From Heterodontus francisci (taxonomy: Eukaryota), in the NCBI RefSeq assembly GCF_036365525.1, contig NC_090378.1, forward strand, positions 121,071,593 to 121,135,592: a DNA stretch of 64,000 nucleotides, given 5' to 3'. Positions 37,985-52,115 of the stretch are shown here, piece by piece. The notes under the pieces are model-generated. The model did not search any database, was not told where the DNA came from, and saw nothing but the letters and a program-made list of their open reading frames with translations. The position numbers and the translations under genes are program-made. The number at the start of each line of letters is the position of its first letter. Position 1 is the first letter of the stretch.

Positions 37985-39885
37985 GAGGAATTGATTATAT
38001 TTTGGGAGGATTAACAGGACAAGCAGGATAGGAATAAGGTAGAAAAGGGGGAAGAAATGAAATGTACAGAAGATGAAACCCCAGGTAACTCCAGACCCGA
38101 CCTCTAAGCAGAACCTGGGGAGACAGTGTAGATATGAAGGAGTAAAACCTGTGAGAAAAGTGAATGTAGGTAACCAGCCAGGTAGAGGTATCAGGGAATG
38201 GTATAACTGCAGGAAATTCAGTCATCTAACATGGGAGTGCTATGTGTCGAGGAACAGGGAAGGACTGAGAAAGAATCCTGAGGCTGGGGGATCTCAGGAT
38301 GCAATGGTACATCTGGCCCATACCTTGGAGAAGGTAGGAAGCCAGGCTGGAGGTGAATGTAATTCCACCAAGAGAGAAGTCGGAGAGGAACCTGAGCTGG
38401 AACTCTCCGCACCCTCTGACCAATGAAGGGGTCGTCAGAGCCAGTTATCATTCCTGTGCCCATTCGGGTATGACAGCCATGGAAGTCTGACTGGAGATTT
38501 AATAGTAGAAGGAAAGAAAGGGGAATACCTGGTAGATACAGGGGTGTCACATACTGTGGTCCACACAAAGGATCCGCAGAGGTCCAAATGGTCTAGCGAC
38601 AAACTTTACAATTTGGGAGGATTTACAGGAAATACACTGGCTGGCACGGGATTAAAGTCCTCTTCACATACAAGTGGGGCCACTCGAAACAAAGTGGATA
38701 TGCATATTAATGAATTGGGATGAGGAGAGAGGAGTATTGGGATCAGACTGTATGGAAGCAAATGGGTTAGTGATAGATCTAGTTAATCACTGTTTATGGA
38801 GGGGAATGAAGGACAGTGCGTTCTGCTGGATGGACAAGGAATGATGTGTGTGGTTTCAGGAAAGGGGGCATCCGACTGGGAGACATTAGTGAAAAGAAGC
38901 CTGGAGTGGAGTAAAGCCATTGTAGAGCAGGAGAAGGGAGCGTTTGCCCAGCACAAACACGACTGCAGGAGAAAGCCAGGAGTAGAGGTAGTAGTGGAAG
39001 GTGAACCTATGAAAACCCCACAGAGGCAATATCATTTCCCCAAAGAAGCAGAGAAGGATTTAGAGAGAGCAGTAAAGTCCATCGTGAATCAAGGGGTCTT
39101 AAGACCTCTGATAACACACGTAAGTTCACCAATTTGCCTGTTAAGAAACCAGATGATCATGGAGAATGACGATAGATTATAGAATATTAAATAAGAACAT
39201 TCCAGTCTGTGACCCAATGGTTGCTGCTGTTGCAGATTTGCTTGGCAGTATACCCACTTCTGTGAAAGTGTAAACTCTATTGGATATTTCAAATGGGTTT
39301 TGGTCTATTCCGATGAGGACAGAAGATCAATACAAATTTGTCTTCACCTTTAATGTGGAGTTGAGGTTACAATCAGATCAGCCATGATCTTGTTGAATGA
39401 CAGAGCATGCTAGAGGGGCCGAGTGGCCTACTCCTGCTCCTAATTCGTATGTTTAAGGGGCAGCAGTACATGTGGACATGTCTGTCACAAGGGTTTCATA
39501 ATAACCCGTCAATATTCAATCAGTAAATGGTGAAGTGTATCGAAGGGCTCTCTGGCAGGGACAAGCTGATCCAGTATGTAGATGATTTATTACTATTCAC
39601 ACAGACTCTTGAGGAACATATGGTATTGCTGAGGGAGTTGTTGCAGCTCCTAATGTGATACGGGTTGAAGGTAAACCCTAAAAAGGCCCAGATCGGGCAA
39701 AAGGAGGTACAATATTTGGGGCTTTCGCTGAGACTGGGAGAGAGAGACAGAGATGAGGCAAAAAGGAAAGCAGTACAAGAGTTACCGATACCACAGGAGG
39801 TTTCAGCTTTAAGATCATTTTTCAGACTGACGGGATATTGTGGTGAGTTTATAGATAATTATGCAGGTATATCTGGACCTCATTA
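37985..39885 (+). mobile_element. Decayed retrovirus-like gag-protease-RT fragment related to the 54-62 kb provirus; contains a 98-bp CR1 tail insert (39354-39451)
   Basis: Zinc knuckle (W)YNCRKFSHLTWEC; protease YLVDTGVSHT; RT PQRQY, VKKPD..WRMTIDYR, LDISNGFWSI, QYVDDLL, KVNPKKAQIGQ, LTGYC; TTTAA duplication flanks the insert. Confidence 0.85.
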
Positions 39886-39889
39886 ACAT

Positions 39890-40320
39890 GGAGCTATTCT
39901 TGTGAATCTTTTCTACACCCTCTCCAATGCCTTCACATCCTTCCTAAACTGGATGCAATGCTCCAGTTGAAGCTGAACCGGTGTTTTATACATGTTTAAC
40001 ATAACTTCCTTGCTTTTGTACTCTATGCCCTTACTGATAAAACTTAGGATGATGTATGCTTTATTAACCACCCTCACAACCTGTCCTGCCACTGCAATGA
40101 TTTACACACGTATACACCCAGGTCCCTCTGTTACTGCACCCACTTTAGAATCTTACCCTTTATTTTATATTGTTTCTCCACATTCTTTCTACCAAAATAA
40201 ATCACTTCACACATTTCTACATTAAATTTCATCTGCCACTTGTCTGCCCATTCCACCAACCTGTCTATGTGCTTTGGAAGTTCTACACTATCCTCCTCAC
40301 AATTCACAATGCTTCCAATG
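39890..40320 (-). mobile_element. CR1 RT fragment
   Basis: LVEWADKWQMKFNVEMCEVIYFG. Confidence 0.85.
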
Positions 40321-40329
40321 TGATCACAA

Positions 40330-40980
40330 ATGACAGAATCTGCCCACACTGACAGTGAGTGAACTACACAGCACATTCAGACAGACACGAACCACATCCC
40401 TATCCTATTAAATGATGCACGAACTTTGTTTCTCAGTGAAATCAGTAATAATCAACATCACAGGAACCAGCTCGGAAGTTATTTTCGAGAAACACAATTT
40501 AACTTCAAGCACGAATGCCCAGCAAGCTGTACAAAGAATGTTACTGTTTATAAAGCAGCAAAGCAGTGAACTGCATTAGGCCCAGGATAGTTTAACTACT
40601 TAGTAAAGGGTGCCCTCTATTGACTGTCATCGCTGTCACATACACAGAATACACTGAACCATTAGTCATACTCAAGTATAGTCGACAGGAGTTTATAATC
40701 CACCAGGGCCCTGAGCAGACATTTGCTTCGAGGTGTCTCTTGGTCTCCAATTACTGTCTGTTGCTCGAGAATGTTGTTGGAAACGGGAGATACACACAAG
40801 AAAATAGGAAATATGTAACAAACTGATATGGTTGTACAAAATGTACCATCCTGGATCAATGGTTTAATTGAAATTAATTTTCACTCCAAGAATGTGTGTG
40901 TGTTCTGTGGAAATAATTCTTCACAAATCAAATTAACAATAGCATCAAATTAATCGCCTCAATTGCTCCAAGGTTAAACA
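40330..40980 (+). pseudogene. Candidate decayed LRR gene C (LRRNT, several LRRs, LRRCT)
   Basis: DRICPH; TNHIPILLNDARTLFLSE (typical IPxxLPxxTxxLxLSEN); EVIFEKHNLTS; ELH*AQDSLTT; LGLQLLSVA; LKLIFTPRMCVCS. Confidence 0.5.
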
Positions 40981-41189
40981 GGTTGACAGTGAGTGGCAAC
41001 AGGCTATTCAATCATGGGGGCATCACAGGAAACCTGATTCTGTAATAATCTGACAACCCAACATACAGACTTTCTAGTGAGTAACATGTACAGTGATTGG
41101 AAACTGACACTTTAATTTAATTCAAGTTTTTATATAAAACTCACAAACTCCTGTTAAAATGCATTTGTGAAGTTACCAAATATTGTCTT

Positions 41190-41575
41190 GTATTCCTCTG
41201 AGTTTAGAAAGTTGAACGGATGATTTAATTAAGTTGCTTAAAATAATAAAAGGATTTGATAGGTTTGATGAAGAGAAGTTATTTTATCAAGTTCGGGAAT
41301 CCACAACAAGGTGACATAATCCTAAAATTAGAAGATTCGAAATCAGGAAGCACTTCTTCACACAAAGGGTGGTGGAAATTGGAATTCTCTCCTCTAAAAC
41401 ATTGGAGATGTTGGTCAATTGACATTTTAAAGGCAGAGATTGACTGATATTTATTAGATAAGGATAATAAGGAATATGGATCAAAGGTAAATGGAGTACA
41501 GATCAGACATGATTGAACTGAATGATGGAACAGTCTTGAAGGGGCTGAATGGCCTACCCCTGTTCCTATATTCTA
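41190..41575 (+). mobile_element. Old CR1 3' fragment
   Basis: 'aggaagcacttcttcacacaaagggtggtgg' and tail 'ggggctgaatggcctacccctgttcctat'. Confidence 0.75.
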
Positions 41576-41814
41576 CATAGCAGAGTAACAGTTAAGTGCT
41601 CATTTGGAGGCTCATATCTGGGGCTTTGTTCTTTGCTGGGTTTCTGCTTCTGTGTTTACTTCCCGAGATACTAAACACAAAACACAACTTCACAAATTGA
41701 AGCAGAAGCAGCATCTTCAGCTACAGATGAAAGTTGAGTTTTGCTGCCAGTTCAAACTGCAGCACATTAGGGTCATTACAGCCGTAACCTTGGAGCGACT
41801 TCCAATTTCCACCA

Positions 41815-42470
41815 GGTGCCATTCAATAAGATCATGGCTGATCGGATTGTGGCCTCAACTCCACTTTCTTGCCTGTCCCCTCTAACTTTTGAATCCCTTG
41901 TAGATTAAAAATCAGTCTAACTCAGCCTTGAATATATTCAATGACCCAGCCTCCACTGCTCTCTGGCGTAGAGATTTCCAAAGATTAACAATCCTCTGAG
42001 AGAAGAAATTCCTCCTCATCTCCTTGTTCTGAAACTGTGTCCCCTAATTCTAGATTCCCCCACAAGGGGAAACATTGTCTCAGCACCTACCTTGTAAAGT
42101 CACCTCAAAATCTTATATGTTTCAAAAAGATCATCTCTCATTCTTCTAAACTCCAATGAGTATAGGCCCAACCTGCTCAACCTTTCCTCATAAAACAACC
42201 CCTTCATCCCAGGAATCAGCCTCGTGATCCTTCTCTGAACTGCTTCCAAAGCAAGTATATCCTTCCTTAAGTCAGGGGGTTAAAAATGCATTACTCTAAG
42301 TGCAGTCTCGCTGTACCTGCATGCTATCTTTCTGTGTTTCATGTGCGAAAACACCAAAATCTCTTTTCTATCCTTCCTGCCAAAGTCGGCAACCTCACAT
42401 TTTCCTACATTATCCTCCACCTGCCAAATTTTTGCCAACTCACATAACCTATCTATATTCCTTTTCAGAC
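41815..42470 (-). mobile_element. CR1 3' fragment
   Basis: Homologous to 13855-14372 and 6890-7400. Confidence 0.78.
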
Positions 42471-42475
42471 TCTTT

Positions 42476-42833
42476 GTTTAGTTTAGTTTAGTTTAGAGAT
42501 ACAGCACTGAAACAGGCCCTTCGGCCCACCGAGTCTGTGCCGACCATCAACCACCCATTTATACTAATCCTACACTAATCCCATATTCCTATCACATCCC
42601 CACCTGTCCCTATATATTTCCCTACCACCTACCGATACTAGGGGCAATTTATAATGGCCAATTAACCTATCAACCTGCAAGTCTTTGGCATGTGGGAGGA
42701 AACTGGAGCATCCGGAGGAAACCCACGCAGACACAGGGAGAACTTGCAAACTCCGCACAGGCAGTACCCAGAATTGAACCCGGGTCGCTGGAGCTGTGAG
42801 GCTGCGGTGCTAACCACTGCGCCACTGTGCCGC
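42476..42833 (-). mobile_element. HE1-type V-SINE, full length
   Basis: A box TGGCGCAGTGG, B box GGTTCAATTC, (AAACT)n tail; near-identical to the copies at 4645 and 61905. Confidence 0.92.
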
Positions 42834-43844
42834 CAATGTTTGGTTGGTCTCTTATGGAGGTGATGGGGCTTCGGGATCAGGTTCAAAAGGCAGGGAGCCC
42901 CACCTCGGCCTTCTTATGCCCCCCACCACCCTCCACTGTCACAATCCTCCGTTGATCCAGAGGTGAAGTTTCCGGTGTCGGGTACCCTGTCCCTTTAAAG
43001 ACAGGGATTCCACCTCCAAGAGCTGCCGGCCAATTACAGGGCCAGTAACTCAGCAGTATCGGCAGCACCACAGGTACTGCAGAGGCCTTGGAACCAGACC
43101 CAGCACTGGAAGCACAGACCTCAGGTAAGTGAGGCAGGGTCGTCGGGGCCGGTCTGGAAGGCCCCAGTGAGGTGGGATGGGAAGGTGGGGATGAATTCCA
43201 GGGGGAGGGGAGTCCAGGGAGGTGGAGGTTTTGCCAGAGGGGTTCTCCGTGGGCCACAGAGCACCTAACTGGACTCTGCTTCTGCTGAATACAATTCCAG
43301 ATCCACATTGTCTGACAGTCCCACACCTGACCATCCCTCTGTTACTGACCATCACAGAATCTTCTTCAAAACATTCCTGAAATAAAAGCCACCACAAAAC
43401 AACCATTCCACCCCACCATTAGGCAACAAAACATCCAATAATCCCTCCAAAACTCAACTAATCCCCCTTGTGCATTCCCTTAGTGCCTGCCTTGTGGGTC
43501 CTTTGCCTGTTCTAGTGCTCCTACACAGTGCTACCCCAGTGGATACAGCATGGCTGGTGGAAGGTTACTGACTTTCACTGGGGGAGACTGCAGATAGCCT
43601 TGCAGGAAGTCCTCAAGCTGCTCTAGGCCTAGGAGGCCTGGCTTCAGACTGCAGCACCACAGCATGGGTGGCAGTATTTAGCTGGCTGACTAACAGGCAA
43701 CAGCAGGGGTACTGGAGAGTGACAGTGGTGGGAATATAAACACTTTCATCCTGAGAGAGGACAGCAGGTTTGTGCTCCACGGAGCCACTGCCACTGCCCA
43801 GGGTGACACCTCCACAATCCTAGTAATCTGCTGGAGCACAGAGT

Positions 43845-46800
43845 TACAGAAATCATACAATTTACAGCACAGAAGGAGGCCATTCAGCCCATTGTGTCCA
43901 CACTATCTGACAAGGAGCCATCCAGCCTAATCCCACTTTCCAGTTCTTGGTCCATAGTCTTTATCACTTCAAGTGCATATCCAAGAACTTTTTAAATGTT
44001 ACGAGGGTTTCTGCCTCTACCATCCTTTCAGGCAGTGAGTTCCAGATTCTCACCACACTCTGGGTTAAAAAGTCCCCCTGAATTCCCTCTAAACCTCCTA
44101 CATCTTACCCTAAATCTATGCCTCTGGTTATGGACCCTCCAGCCAAGGGGAATAGGTCCTTCCTATCCACTCTATCGAGACCCCTCATAATTTTATACAC
44201 TTCATTTAGGTCTCTCCTCAGCCCTCTCTGTTCCAAAGAAAACAACCCCAGCCAATCATATCTTTCCTCATAACTAAAATTCTCCGGTCCCAGCAACATC
44301 CTTGTAAATCTCCTTTGTATCCTCTCCAGTGCAATCACATCTTTCCTGCGGTGTGCAGTGACCAGAACTGCACACAGTACTCCAGCTGTGGACTAACTAG
44401 TGTTTTATACAGTTCCATTATAACCTCCCAGTTCTTATATTTCATGTCTCAGTTAATGAAGACAAGTATCCCATGTGCCTTCGGACCACCATATCTACCT
44501 GTCCAGCCACTTTCAGGGATCTGTGAACGTGCATTCCAAGGTCCCTCTGCTCCTCTCCATTTTTCAGTAACCGACCATTTATTGTGTATTCCTTTACCTT
44601 GTCAGCCTTCTCCAAATGCATTACCTCACACATCTCTGGATTGAACTCCATTTGACACTGCTCCGCCCACCTGACTAGTCCATTGATATTTTCCTGCAGT
44701 CTACAGCTTTCTTATTTATTAACAACCACACGGACAATATTTGTATCGTCTGCAAATTTCTTATTCATACCCGTTACATTGAAGTCCAAACTGTTGATAT
44801 ATACCGCAAAAATCAAGGAGCCTATTACTGAACGCTGCAGAACCCCATTGGAAACAGTCTTCCAGTTACAAGAACACCCATTGACCATCATTCTTTGCTT
44901 CCTGCCTCTGAGCCAATTTTGGATCCAATTTGTCATTTAGCCTTGGATCCCCTGGGCTTTTACTTTCATGACTAGTCTGCCATGTGGGACTTTATCATAA
45001 ACCTAGCTATAATCCATATAGACTACATCAAATGCACTACCCTCATCGACCCTCCTTGTTACCTCCTCAAAAAATTCAATCACGTTAGTCTGACACGACC
45101 TTCCCTTAACAAATCCATGCTGACTGTCTGTGACTAATCCATGTCTGTCTAAGTGAAGATTTATCCTGTCCATCAGAGCTTTTTCCAATATTTTTCCCAC
45201 TAACGGAGGTAGGCAGACTGGTCTGTAATTTATTCCTTTCTTCCGTTTTAAACAATGGTACAATGTGAGCTGTCCTCCAGTCCTCTGGCACCACACCTGT
45301 AGACAGAGAATATTGGAAAATTATGGTCAGAGCCTCTGTTGTTTCTTCTGTTGCTTCACTTAACAGCCCAGGATATATTTCATCTGGGCCTGGGGATTTA
45401 ACCACTTTCAACGTGTTAAATCCCTTAATACCTCATCTCATTAAAATAATTTTATGTAGTATTTCGCAGTCCTCCTCCCTGATTGCAATTTCTGTGTCAT
45501 CCCACTCTTTAGTGAAAACAGATGCAAATTATTTATGAAGAACCATACCAACATCCTCTGCCTGTACCCACAGGTTACCCTTGTGGACCCTCATAGGCCC
45601 TCCTCTTTCTTTAGTTATAATGTTGCTCTTTATGTATTTTTTAAAAATCTTTGAGTTTTCCTTGATTTGATTTGACTTGCCAATATTTTTTCATGCCCTC
45701 TCTTTGCTTTCCTAATTACCTATTTAATTTCTCCCCTACACTTTTTATACTCCTCTAGATTTTCGGCCCTTGGTATCTGTCATTAATCTTCCTGTTTTAC
45801 TTTATCCTCTCCTTTCAGCCCCTTGACATCCACAAGACTCTGGATTTGTTAGTCCCACCCTTTTTCTTTAAGGGAACATACTTGCTCTGAACCCTCACTA
45901 TCTCTTCCTTGAATGCCTCCCACTGATCCAGCACTGATTTACTTTCAAGTAACTGTTTCCAATCCCATTTAGCTACATCACATTTCAGCTTAGTAAAATT
46001 AGCTTTCCCCAGTTGAGAACTTTTATTCCTGGTCTGTCTTTGTCCTTTTCCATAACTACCCTAAATTTAACTGAATTATGATCACTTCCACCAATGTTGT
46101 CCCCGTCTGATCCCCCTTCCACCTGCCCAGCTTCATTCCCTAAAATTAAGTCCAGAACCAGAATCTGTCATGTTGGACTTGATACATACTGGATAAAAAA
46201 AGTTCTCCTGAATGTATATTAAGAATTCTATGCCCCGAGTCTTTCACATAAACTCTACGCCTTTTAATATTAGGGCAGTTGAAATCCCCCACTATTACTG
46301 TTTAATTGTTTTTGCACTTCTGAAATTTGTCTACATATTTGCTCTTCTCTCTCCTTCTAACAGTTTCAGGGTCTACAGCACACTCCCAGTAATGTGATTG
46401 CCCCTGTTTTGTTCTTCAGTTCAACCCATATGGCAACATTTGTTTATCCTTCTACCATATCTTCTCTCCTCACAGCTATAATTGTTTCTTTAATCAATAT
46501 TGCAACGCACCCCCTCCTGAGATATCCCCATCTCTGTCTCGTCTGAAAACCCTGTAACTAGGAATGTTGAGTTGCCATTCCTGCCCTTCTTTCAGCCATG
46601 TCTCAGTAATAACTATAATATCATACTGCCGTGTGTCAATCTGTGCTCTCAGCTCATCTGCCTTATTTCCTCAACTTGTATTGAAGTATATATTATTTAG
46701 CTCTGTCAAACTCCCTTGTTAATTTTCTAACCTTCGTTTTCTCTGCCTTCCAAACACGCTGACTAATTTACTGCCTTCCATTTCCAACTTTTCTTCTCTC

Positions 46801-47860
46801 CCTTCTGAATCTACTCTCAGGTTCCCATCCCTGTGCTCAACTAGTTTAAACTCTCCCCAACAGCACGAGTAAAACTCACTGTGAGGATATTGGTCCCGAC
46901 CCTGTTGATTTGCAAACAGTCCGTCTTGTACAGGTCCCACCTCCTCCAGAAGCAGTCCCAATGCCTCAGGAATCTAAAGCCCTCCCTCCTGCATAATATC
47001 TCCAGCTCTATGTATTCATCAGCTCTATCTTCCTATTTCTGTACTCACTAACACGTGGCACTGGGAGTAATCTGGAGATTAATACTTTTGAGGTTCTGCT
47101 TTTCAATCTCCCTCCTAGCTGCCTAAATTCTGCCTCAGGACCTCATCCCTCCTTCTGCCTCTGTCATTGGTGCCAATATGGACCACGACCTCTGGCTGTT
47201 CACTCTTCCCCGTCAGAATGTCCTGCAGCCGCTCAGTGATATCCTTGTCCCTGGCACCAGGGAGGCAACATACCATCATGGAGACACCTCTGCAGTCACA
47301 GAAGCACCTCTCTATTCTCCTCAATAACGAATCCCCTCCCACTATTGCTCTTCCACTCTTCTTCCTCCCTCCCTGTACAGCTGAGACACCCATGGTGCAG
47401 TGGACTTGGCTCTGCCTGCACTCCCCAGAGGAACCATCACTCTGACCAGTATTCAGAACTGAATACCAGTTGGAGAGTGAGATGTACTCATGGGATCACT
47501 GTCCTGCATGCCTGGTCCTCCTTGTTCTTCTGGCCCTCACCCATTCCCCCTCTGCCAGCACATTTTTAAACTGCAGGCTGACCACCTCCAGAAAGCTCTC
47601 AGCCTCGTGGATGCTACATAGTGACTCCAGTCACTGCACAAACTCCGAAACCCAGAGCTCGAGCTGCTGTCACCGGTGACACTTCCTGTACATGTGGTCA
47701 TCCAGTTCATGTGAAGTGTCCAGGATTTCCCACATGACACAGGGTGTGTATTCCACGGGGCTGAGGTTCCCTGCCATGTTTTACTTTCTAGACTAATATC
47801 TAGAAACACTTAGAGCTGATCACCAGGTCTCGCTGTCTCCCGCTTCATCACTCAGACTGC
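43845..47860 (-). mobile_element. Near full-length decayed CR1 LINE (ORF1 esterase-type plus ORF2)
   Basis: ORF1 AIVGGDSLLR, MVCCLPGARDKD, VVVHIGTND; ORF2 KSPGPDEIYP, QHGFVKGRSC, KFADDT, FSLEQRGLRRDL. Confidence 0.9.
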
Positions 47861-48457
47861 TCCGTGTTTTGCAAAAGATCAGAACAGAACCTCTTCAGTC
47901 ATTGCACTGAATTCCCTCAATCCCCAATTCTCCGAGTTAGGTATCTGTTGAAGCAGTACTCCATCAAGCTGGACTTGGTGCTGGGTTGCTGTGTGAGCCT
48001 GCAAGCCCCTTTGAGCACTGGCATCCACAGCCATGATGGCAGCAGTCTGAGCCTGTGTGGCAGCAAGCTCAGATTACAATACCTCAGTCTGAGCTTCCAC
48101 TGCAGCACTCAGACATTGGGGTGGCCTCTACTTGTACTGCAATTCACTCATCCATGTCTCTGATAGTCTGGAAATGTTAATCTGCTCACTTGTGTTTATA
48201 ATATTCAAATCATCAGAGGAATTTGTAACAGCAATATAATCATGGAGCTTCAGAGGGCAATATAACCATTGAAACAGGATGATTTGAAGGGATAGAGAGG
48301 AATAAAGAGCCTATGCTGGCTCCATGTGGTTATTCTAATATCACTTTTATGTATCTTTGATGTCCTCTGATTCAGTGGCAGTATGAATGGAATGTAGATG
48401 TAGACAAAGTAGAATTAGGATAAGACTTGTGAGTGAAACACTGCATGTTGTATTCAT

Positions 48458-51400
48458 ACTGGATTGTGAAGTGTGATGTATCTGAGTACACAGACTGGAT
48501 TGTGAAGTGTGATGAACCTGAGTACACAGACTGGATTGTGAAGTGTGATGAACCTGAGTACACAGACTGCAGTGTGAAGTTTGATGTACCGGAGTACACA
48601 GACTGGATTGTGAAGTGTGATGTACCTGAGTACACAGACCAGATTGTGAAGTGTGATGTCCCTGAGTCCACAGAATGGATTGTGAAGTGTGATGTACCTG
48701 AGTACACGGACTGGAATGTGAAGTGTAATGTACCTGAGTACACAGACCGGATTGTGAAGTGTGATGTATCTGAGTACACAGTTCAGATTGTGAAGTGTGA
48801 TGTACCTGAGTACACAGACTGGATTGTGAAGTGTGATGTAACTGAGTACACGGACCAGATTGTGAAGTGTGATGTACCTGAGTACACAGTCCGTATTGTG
48901 AAGTGTGATGTACCTGAGTACACAGACTGGATTGTGAAGTGTGATGTACCTGAGTACACAGACCAGATTGTGAAGTGTGATGTCCCTGAGTCCACAGAAT
49001 GGATTGTGAAGTGTGATGTACCTGAGTACACGGACTGGAATGTGAAGTGTAATGTACCTGAGTACACAGACCGGATTGTGAAGTGTGATGTATCTGAGTA
49101 CACAGTTCAGATTGTGAAGTGTGATGTACCTGAGTACACAGACTGGATTGTGAAGTGTGATGTAACTGAGTACACGGACCAGATTGTGAAGTGTGATGTA
49201 CCTGAGTACACAGTCCGTATTGTGAAGTGTGATGTACCTGAGTACACAGACTGGATTGTGAAGTGTGATGTACCTGAGTGCACAGACTGGATTGTGAAGT
49301 GTGATGTACCTGAGTGCACAGACTGGACTGTGAAGTGTGATGTATCTGAGTACATAGACTGGACTGTGAAGTGAGATGTACCTGAGTACACAGACTGGAT
49401 TGTGAAGTATGATGTACCTGAGTACACAGTCCGTATTGTGAAGTGTGATGTACCTGAATACACAGACTGGATTGTGAAGTGTGATGTACCTGAGTGCACA
49501 GACTGGACTGTGAAGTGTGATGTATCTGAGTACACAGACTGGATTGTGAAGTGTGATGTACCTGAGTACACAGACTGGATTGTGAAGTGTGATGTACCTG
49601 AGTACATAGACCGGATTGTGAAGTGTGATGTATCTGAGTACACAGTCCGTATTGTAAAGTGTGATGTACCGGAGTACACAGACCGGATTGTGAAGTGTGG
49701 TGTATCTGAGTACACAGTCCGGATTGTGAAGTGTGATGTATCTGAGTACACAGACTGGATTGTGAAGTGTGATGTACCTGAGTACACAGACTCGATTGAG
49801 AAGTGTGATGTACCTGAGTACACAGACCGGATTGTGAAGTGTGATGTCCCTGAGTCCACAGAATGGATTGTGAAGTGTGATGTATCTGAGTACACAGTTG
49901 GGATTGTGAAGTGTGATGTACCTGAGTACACAGACCAGATTGTGAAGTGTGATGTACCAGAGCACACGGACTGGATTGTGAAGTGTGATGTACCTGAGTA
50001 CACAGACCGGATTGTGAAGTGTGATTTATCTGAGTACACAGTTCGGATTGTGAAGTGTGATGTACCAGAGTACATAGACTGGATTGTGAAGTGTGATGTA
50101 ACTGAGTACACAGACTGGATTGTGAAGTGTGATGTAACTGAGTACACGGACCAGATTGTGAAGTGTGATGTACCTGAGTACACATACTCGATTGTGCAGT
50201 GTGATGTACCTGAGTACACAGACCGTATTGTGAAGTGTGATGTAACTGAGTACACGGACCAGATTGTGAAGTGTGATGTACCTGAGTACACAGACTGGAT
50301 TGTGAAGTGTGATGTACCTGAGTGCACAGACTGGACTGTGAAGTGTGATGTATCTGAGTACATAGACTGGACTGTGAAGTGTGATGTACTTGAGTAAACA
50401 GACTGGATTGTGAAGTGTGATGTACCTGAGTACACAGAATGGATTGTGAAGTGTGATGTACTTGAGTACACAGACTGGATTGTGAAGTGTGATGTATCTG
50501 AGTACACAGACTGGATTGTGAAGTGTGATGTACTTGGGTACACAGACTGGATTGTGAAGTGTGATGTACCTGAGTGCACAGACTGGATTGTGAAGTGTGA
50601 TGTACCTGAGTGCACAGACTGGATTGTGAAGTGTGATGTATCCGAGTACACAGACTGGATTGTGAAGTGTAATGTACCTGAGTACACAGACCGGATAGTG
50701 AAGTGTGATGTACCTGAGTACACAGACTGGATTGTGAAGTGTGATGTACTTGAGTAAACAGACTGGATTGTGAAGTGTGATGTACCTGAGTACAAGACTG
50801 GATTGTGAAGTGTGGTGTACCTGAGTACAAGACTGGATTGTGAAGTGTGATGTACCTGAGTACACAGACTGGATTGTGAAGTGTGATGTATCTGAGTCCA
50901 CAGTCCGGATAGTGAAGTGTGATGTATCTGAGTGCACAGACTCGATTGTGACGTGTGATGTACCTGAGTACACAGACCGGATTGTGAAGAGTGATGTCCC
51001 TGAGTCCACAGAATGGATTGTGAAGTGTGATGTATCTGAGTACACAGACCAGATTGTGAAGTGTGATGCACCAGAGCACACGGACTGGATTGTGAAGTCT
51101 GATGTACCTGAGTACACGGACTGGATTGTGAAGTGTGATGTACCTGAGTACACAGACTGCATTGTGAAGTGTGATGTACCTGAGTACACAGACCAGATTG
51201 TGAAGTGTGATGTAACTGAGTACACAGACTGGATTGTGAAGTGTGATGTAACTGAGTACACGGACCAGATTGTGAAGTGTGATCTACCTGAGTACACAGA
51301 CTGGATTGTGAAGTGTGATGTACCTGAGTACACAGTCAGTATTGTGAACTGTGATGTACCTGAGTACACAGATTGGATTGTGAAGTGTGATGTAACTGAG

Positions 51401-51982
51401 TACACGGACCAGATTGTGAAGTGTGATGTGCATGATTGCACAGACTGGATTGTGAAGTGTGATGTACCTGAGTGCACAGACTGGACTGTGAAGTGTGATG
51501 TAATTGAGTACATAGACTGGACTGTGAAGTGTGATGTACCTGAGTACACAGACTGGATTGTGAAGTGTGATGTACCTGAGTACACAGACTGAATTGTGAA
51601 GTGTGATGTACCTATGTACCGAGACTGCATTGTGAAGTGTGATGTACTTGAGTAAACAGACTGGATTGTGAAGTGTGATGTACCTGAGTACACAGACTGG
51701 ATTGTGAAGTGTGATGTACTTGAGTACACAGACTGGATTGTGAAGTGTGATGTACCTGAGTACACAGACTGGATTGTGAAGTGTGATGTACCTGAGTACA
51801 CAGACTGGATTGTGAAGTGTGATGTCCCTGAGTACACAGACCAGATTGTGATGTGTGATGTATCTGAGTACACAGACTGGATTGTGAAGTGTGATGTATC
51901 TGAGTACAAAGAGTGCATTGTGAAGTGTGATGTACCTGAGTACACAGACTGGATTGTGAAGTGTGTTGTACCTGAGTACCTG
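48458..51982. repeat. 36-bp minisatellite (GACTGGATTGTGAAGTGTGATGTACCTGAGTACACA)n, ~98 copies
   Basis: Tandem array with 12-aa periodic ORFs; two 34-bp deletion units near 50790-50830 shift the frame. Confidence 0.98.
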
Positions 51983-52115
51983 AGGTGGTGGGGGCGGGGA
52001 GGGCGGGGGGTGGGGGGTGTTGGTGGTGGTGTGGGTGCGGTGGGGGCGCGGGGAGGGCGGGTGGGGGGGGGGGGTGTTGGTGGTGGTGTGGGGGCGGTGG
52101 GGGGTCGGAGGTGTG
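51983..52115 (+). repeat. G-rich tract (two ~60-bp units), G-quadruplex-prone
   Basis: Many G3-G12 runs; 'ggggtgttggtggtggtgtggg' occurs twice. Confidence 0.8.

Noticed and set aside
40560-40700. Minus-strand FN3-like peptide (TNGSVYSVYVTAM)
   Set aside because: Isolated, with no splice sites; the plus-strand LRR reading explains the region better
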